From Eledone cirrhosa (taxonomy: Eukaryota), in contig OZ024742.1 in the NCBI GenBank assembly GCA_964016885.1, positions 340,876,001 through 340,940,000 on the forward strand: a stretch of 64,000 bases of DNA. Direction: 5' to 3'. The notes below the pieces were generated by a model. It searched no databases and was not told the origin of the DNA. It saw nothing but the letters and a program-made list of their open reading frames with translations. Positions 60,172 to 64,000 of the stretch are shown piece by piece. The position numbers and the translations under genes were made by a program. The first letter of the stretch is position 1, and every line of letters begins with the position of its first letter.

Positions 60172-60385
60172 TCCTTTGTCAGTGTTAAACAAAAGGGCAA
60201 CGATGGTTGCTACACACTGTACGGCTTAATTCGGGATGTTTGTTTACAAACAAACCGAACATTGTAATAAATGTTCGGTAAACCCATACGTACATATATA
60301 TATGAGTGCATGTATGTATATATATACATACTACTGTACGTCTGTATACATATATGTATGTACGTATACATACTTATATATATAT

Positions 60386-61950
60386 AAAGAATGAATAATA
60401 ACAGGTAGACATCATAAAAAGGTAATTTATTCCGTGTGCTTACAAGTGTTTCCACGGTGGTACTGCAGCCTAGTTATGCTACGTGCAAATTCACAAGTAC
60501 TTGCAGAACTCAAATATCCAATGCTGTGACCACTGTTTCCTCAGAGCAGAATGGTAAAATGTACAATGTAAATACCCTTAAGTGGGTTGTTAGGGAAGAT
60601 AGAGTAGAAAAGGAAGAGAGAAAAGTAGGGAAGAGGGAGAGAGAAAGAAAGATATGCAGGGGTTGGAGAAGTAGGAGAGAGTGGCTTGTAGATATCTTAA
60701 TCAAAATGTTATGGTAAGGGTTTTATTATACTGGTTACTTTTGGAGAGATGCGTTGATAGTTAAGGTCGGAATTATTTATTGCCCCAGAGGGCAGGTTCA
60801 TAGATGTTGAGAGGGAGGTAGGCCAAAGGTGAGAGAGAGAGAGTGTAATGGATGTGGAGAGAGATAGGTAGAGAGGGGACAGACAAAGATTGTGTGGTGA
60901 GTGAACTTTGGGTTTGTAGTAGTAATCTAGGAATTGCACTGAGTTACCATGTATAGTGATAAGCAGCGTATTGTCTTGTAGTGTGGGGGGAAGAGAAGGT
61001 TGTTAGCTAGAAAGCGGTGTTATAGTTACGGGTTCGAATGTTAAGTTATTTTATAGTGAGAGAATTTAGCTTTTAGTTTGTGGCTGCAGTATAATGATCG
61101 TTCAATTCTATCGTTAAGTAGTTTGTTTTTGGATTTTAATATGTAAAAGAGCTCAAGGTTACATAACCTGCAGTACTTCAATCCACTCCGATATGCACTT
61201 GCGCTGGAAAGTATATCCCATTTTAAGGTGAACTGTTGGTTGTGTTCACGGAGTTGCCAGGTCTTGTTGGCGAGCGTGGTCACAAAACGGTGATTCGGAT
61301 GTTTGATTGAGAATCGATGACGGTACCAGCGAGATTTAAACGATGTGGTGGTAGATCCGATATAATACCATTTCTGGTCGTTCGATTCAACCGTGCATTG
61401 GTAAACAATGTTGGACTTTAGGCATTCATTCTTCAATGGACATCTTTCAGGTAGATGGCAGTTACATTCTTTGTTGTGGGTAGCGGGTATACCATGGATA
61501 GGTTGTGATAGCGGTACAGGTGGGCTGTGTAATACCCGTCTCCCATTTAGTGGTTGGGAGGCAGATATTGCGTTCTGCCCATCTGTTACTAAAATGTTTT
61601 GTTTTGTAGAGTTGTTTAATTGCCTTAAGTTAAGTTTTTTTATGTATGCTTCAAGGTTTGGTGCCGTGGAGTATGATAGTCTAATAGTTTTAGAGTTCAG
61701 AATTTTGCTGTATTTATGGGAACTAGGGAAGTGTTTGTTGATTAACTTAAAGAATGAAAGAGATAGTTTTGTACTAATCGAGGCATTAAAATAGGATTGT
61801 ACCAGATATACTTTCTACAACGTGATTTATTTGGTGGTGATCTTCTATTATTAGTATGTCTGGTAGTACTGTGTGTGTGTGCTTGTATTTTAGTCCCCCG
61901 GTTACGCATTCCTTGATTGTCTACCTGTTATTATTCATTCATTCTTTATA
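60386..61950 (-). mobile_element. 5'-truncated Penelope-like element (Nematis-like), GIY-YIG, with inverted 3'-tip at its 5' end
   Basis: YIWYNP../..LINKHFPSSH..SYS..CNCHLPERCPLKNECLKSNIVYQC..YYIGSTTTSFKSRWYRH..CRLCNLE..CSH (ORF 61041-61436 plus upstream frame). 61918-61950 is the reverse complement of 60384-60412. Hammerhead in the 3' region. Confidence 0.88.
60437..60548 (-). ncRNA. Hammerhead motif with long stem II in the Penelope 3' region
   Basis: TGCT CTGAGGA AACAGTGGT..(~70 nt imperfect hairpin)..ACCACCGTG GAAA CACTTG TA AGCA, then AATAAA. Confidence 0.6.
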
Positions 61951-62088
61951 TACACTCCGGAATACTGAAGGATCAGGAACTAAGTTTCTTCAACAATTCT
62001 TCCATAACTCGTAGAGTAACCTCTTACCGTACGTCAACCATATCCAGTGTAGTAATTAAGCATTACTACATCTTGGATAATCCTATAC

Positions 62089-62151
<63 letters not shown>

Positions 62152-62282
62152 GTTATTCCGGGTTGAATCGGAGGTAATAACAGTAAGAAAGGTACTCAAT
62201 ACATAGCAGAGTATAAAAGTTTTAATATAGACGAGATTCTACAGGACTAGAACTGTTTCATTCTTTAGAAATCATCATATGT

Positions 62283-62370
<88 letters not shown>

Positions 62371-62385
62371 TATATATGTGTATAT

Positions 62386-62885
<500 letters not shown>

Positions 62886-62933
62886 ATCTTCTATACACAA
62901 TCATACACACCCGTGTATATTTACCTATCTATA

Positions 62934-63020
<87 letters not shown>

Positions 63021-63035
63021 ATATACACATATATA

Positions 63036-63092
<57 letters not shown>

Positions 63093-63345
63093 TATGACAT
63101 ACAATTTTATGATACAAATATGCAGAACATACGCATACACGCATACATTTAAACACATGAACTCACGTATCTATAGAGACACGCACACACAGACACACAC
63201 ATGAACACATGTATGCATATATACACACAGACTAACAATCACTTGCACACACGCATACATGCGTGTGTAAAGTTTTAAATCAACATATGTTGATTTAAAA
63301 CTTCACTATTCACAAGTGTTGTTTAACCTTCATATCATGTATCCC

Positions 63346-63416
63346 TATTTTATCTGATGAAAACGCAGATATCATCTCATGATGATATTTGTTTTTGAAA
63401 TGCGCATAATAAAATA
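63346..63416 (+). ncRNA. Minimal type I hammerhead motif in a ~270-bp element (63271-63541)
   Basis: TATTTTAT CTGATGA AAAC GCAGATATCATC tcat GATGATATTTGT TTTT GAAA TGCGCA TA ATAAAATA; paralog of 18644-18714. Confidence 0.82.
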
Positions 63417-64000
63417 CTTGGAACTCTTTTAACCATCTTTTGATCTTATATATTATTTATACTCCAGTCCTACAAACTGTAGAGTGCTACTTATCCGATA
63501 TTTGCATTGCTTTATTGTGCTACAATAAAACTCACCTCCTACATATATATATATATATATATGTATGTATGTCGGAAAAGAGTCGGGATCCCGACGGCTG
63601 AGCTCCGGCCGTTTCGACAGCTAGATCGAGTTCGGATCTAGCTGTCGGAACGGCCGGAGCTCAGCGGTCGGGCCTTGACTCTTTTCGTATTTATATTTAT
63701 ATATGTGTGTGCGTGCGTGTGTGTCTGTGTGTATGTGTGTGTGTGCGTGTGTGTGTGTGGGGGGGGGGTATATATATATGTGTGTGTGTGTTAGTTAGGT
63801 ATATAGTAACAGTTATAGGCAACAGGCCGTCGAAGCATTCAACGCTGTTACGAGGTCTATTCTTTGGGCTGTATTCCACTGTTACAGCTTTAGGGTGTAG
63901 AGTGTAACTAGATTTAAAAGAATCGAAGTCAGTGTTACAGCATATGTACAAACTAATTTACGTATTATAATTGTTTCGATATCGATCAGCTCAGGCTACA

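Overview
AT-rich, repeat-saturated animal genomic DNA, most likely octopus (inferred from the neuropeptide sequence, the SINE families and the extreme (TA)n/(CA)n load). One host gene is recognisable. It is a minus-strand allatostatin-C (somatostatin-family) prepropeptide with a signal-peptide exon at 51911-51810, an intron of about 18.8 kb, and a last coding exon at 33007-32837 encoding RKR-AVITACYFQAVSCY-stop. A TATA-type promoter candidate lies near 52180. The rest is mobile DNA: three truncated Penelope-like (GIY-YIG) elements of apparently different clades, a near-full-length degraded R4/Dong-like element, a CRE-like RLE fragment, many tRNA-derived SINEs, and mini/microsatellites. Most ORFs in the track are microsatellite artefacts. 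The feature hidden from the ORF track is a dense set of type I hammerhead ribozyme motifs, about 15 with intact CUGANGA/GAAA/NUH cores by manual reading. They sit in short Penelope-tail elements inserted in (TA)n, many with fold-back inverted repeats. These include a perfect ~400-bp palindrome and a family of 'half-hammerhead' elements that fold back exactly at stem II. All coordinates and pairings were read by eye; no searches or folding were run.
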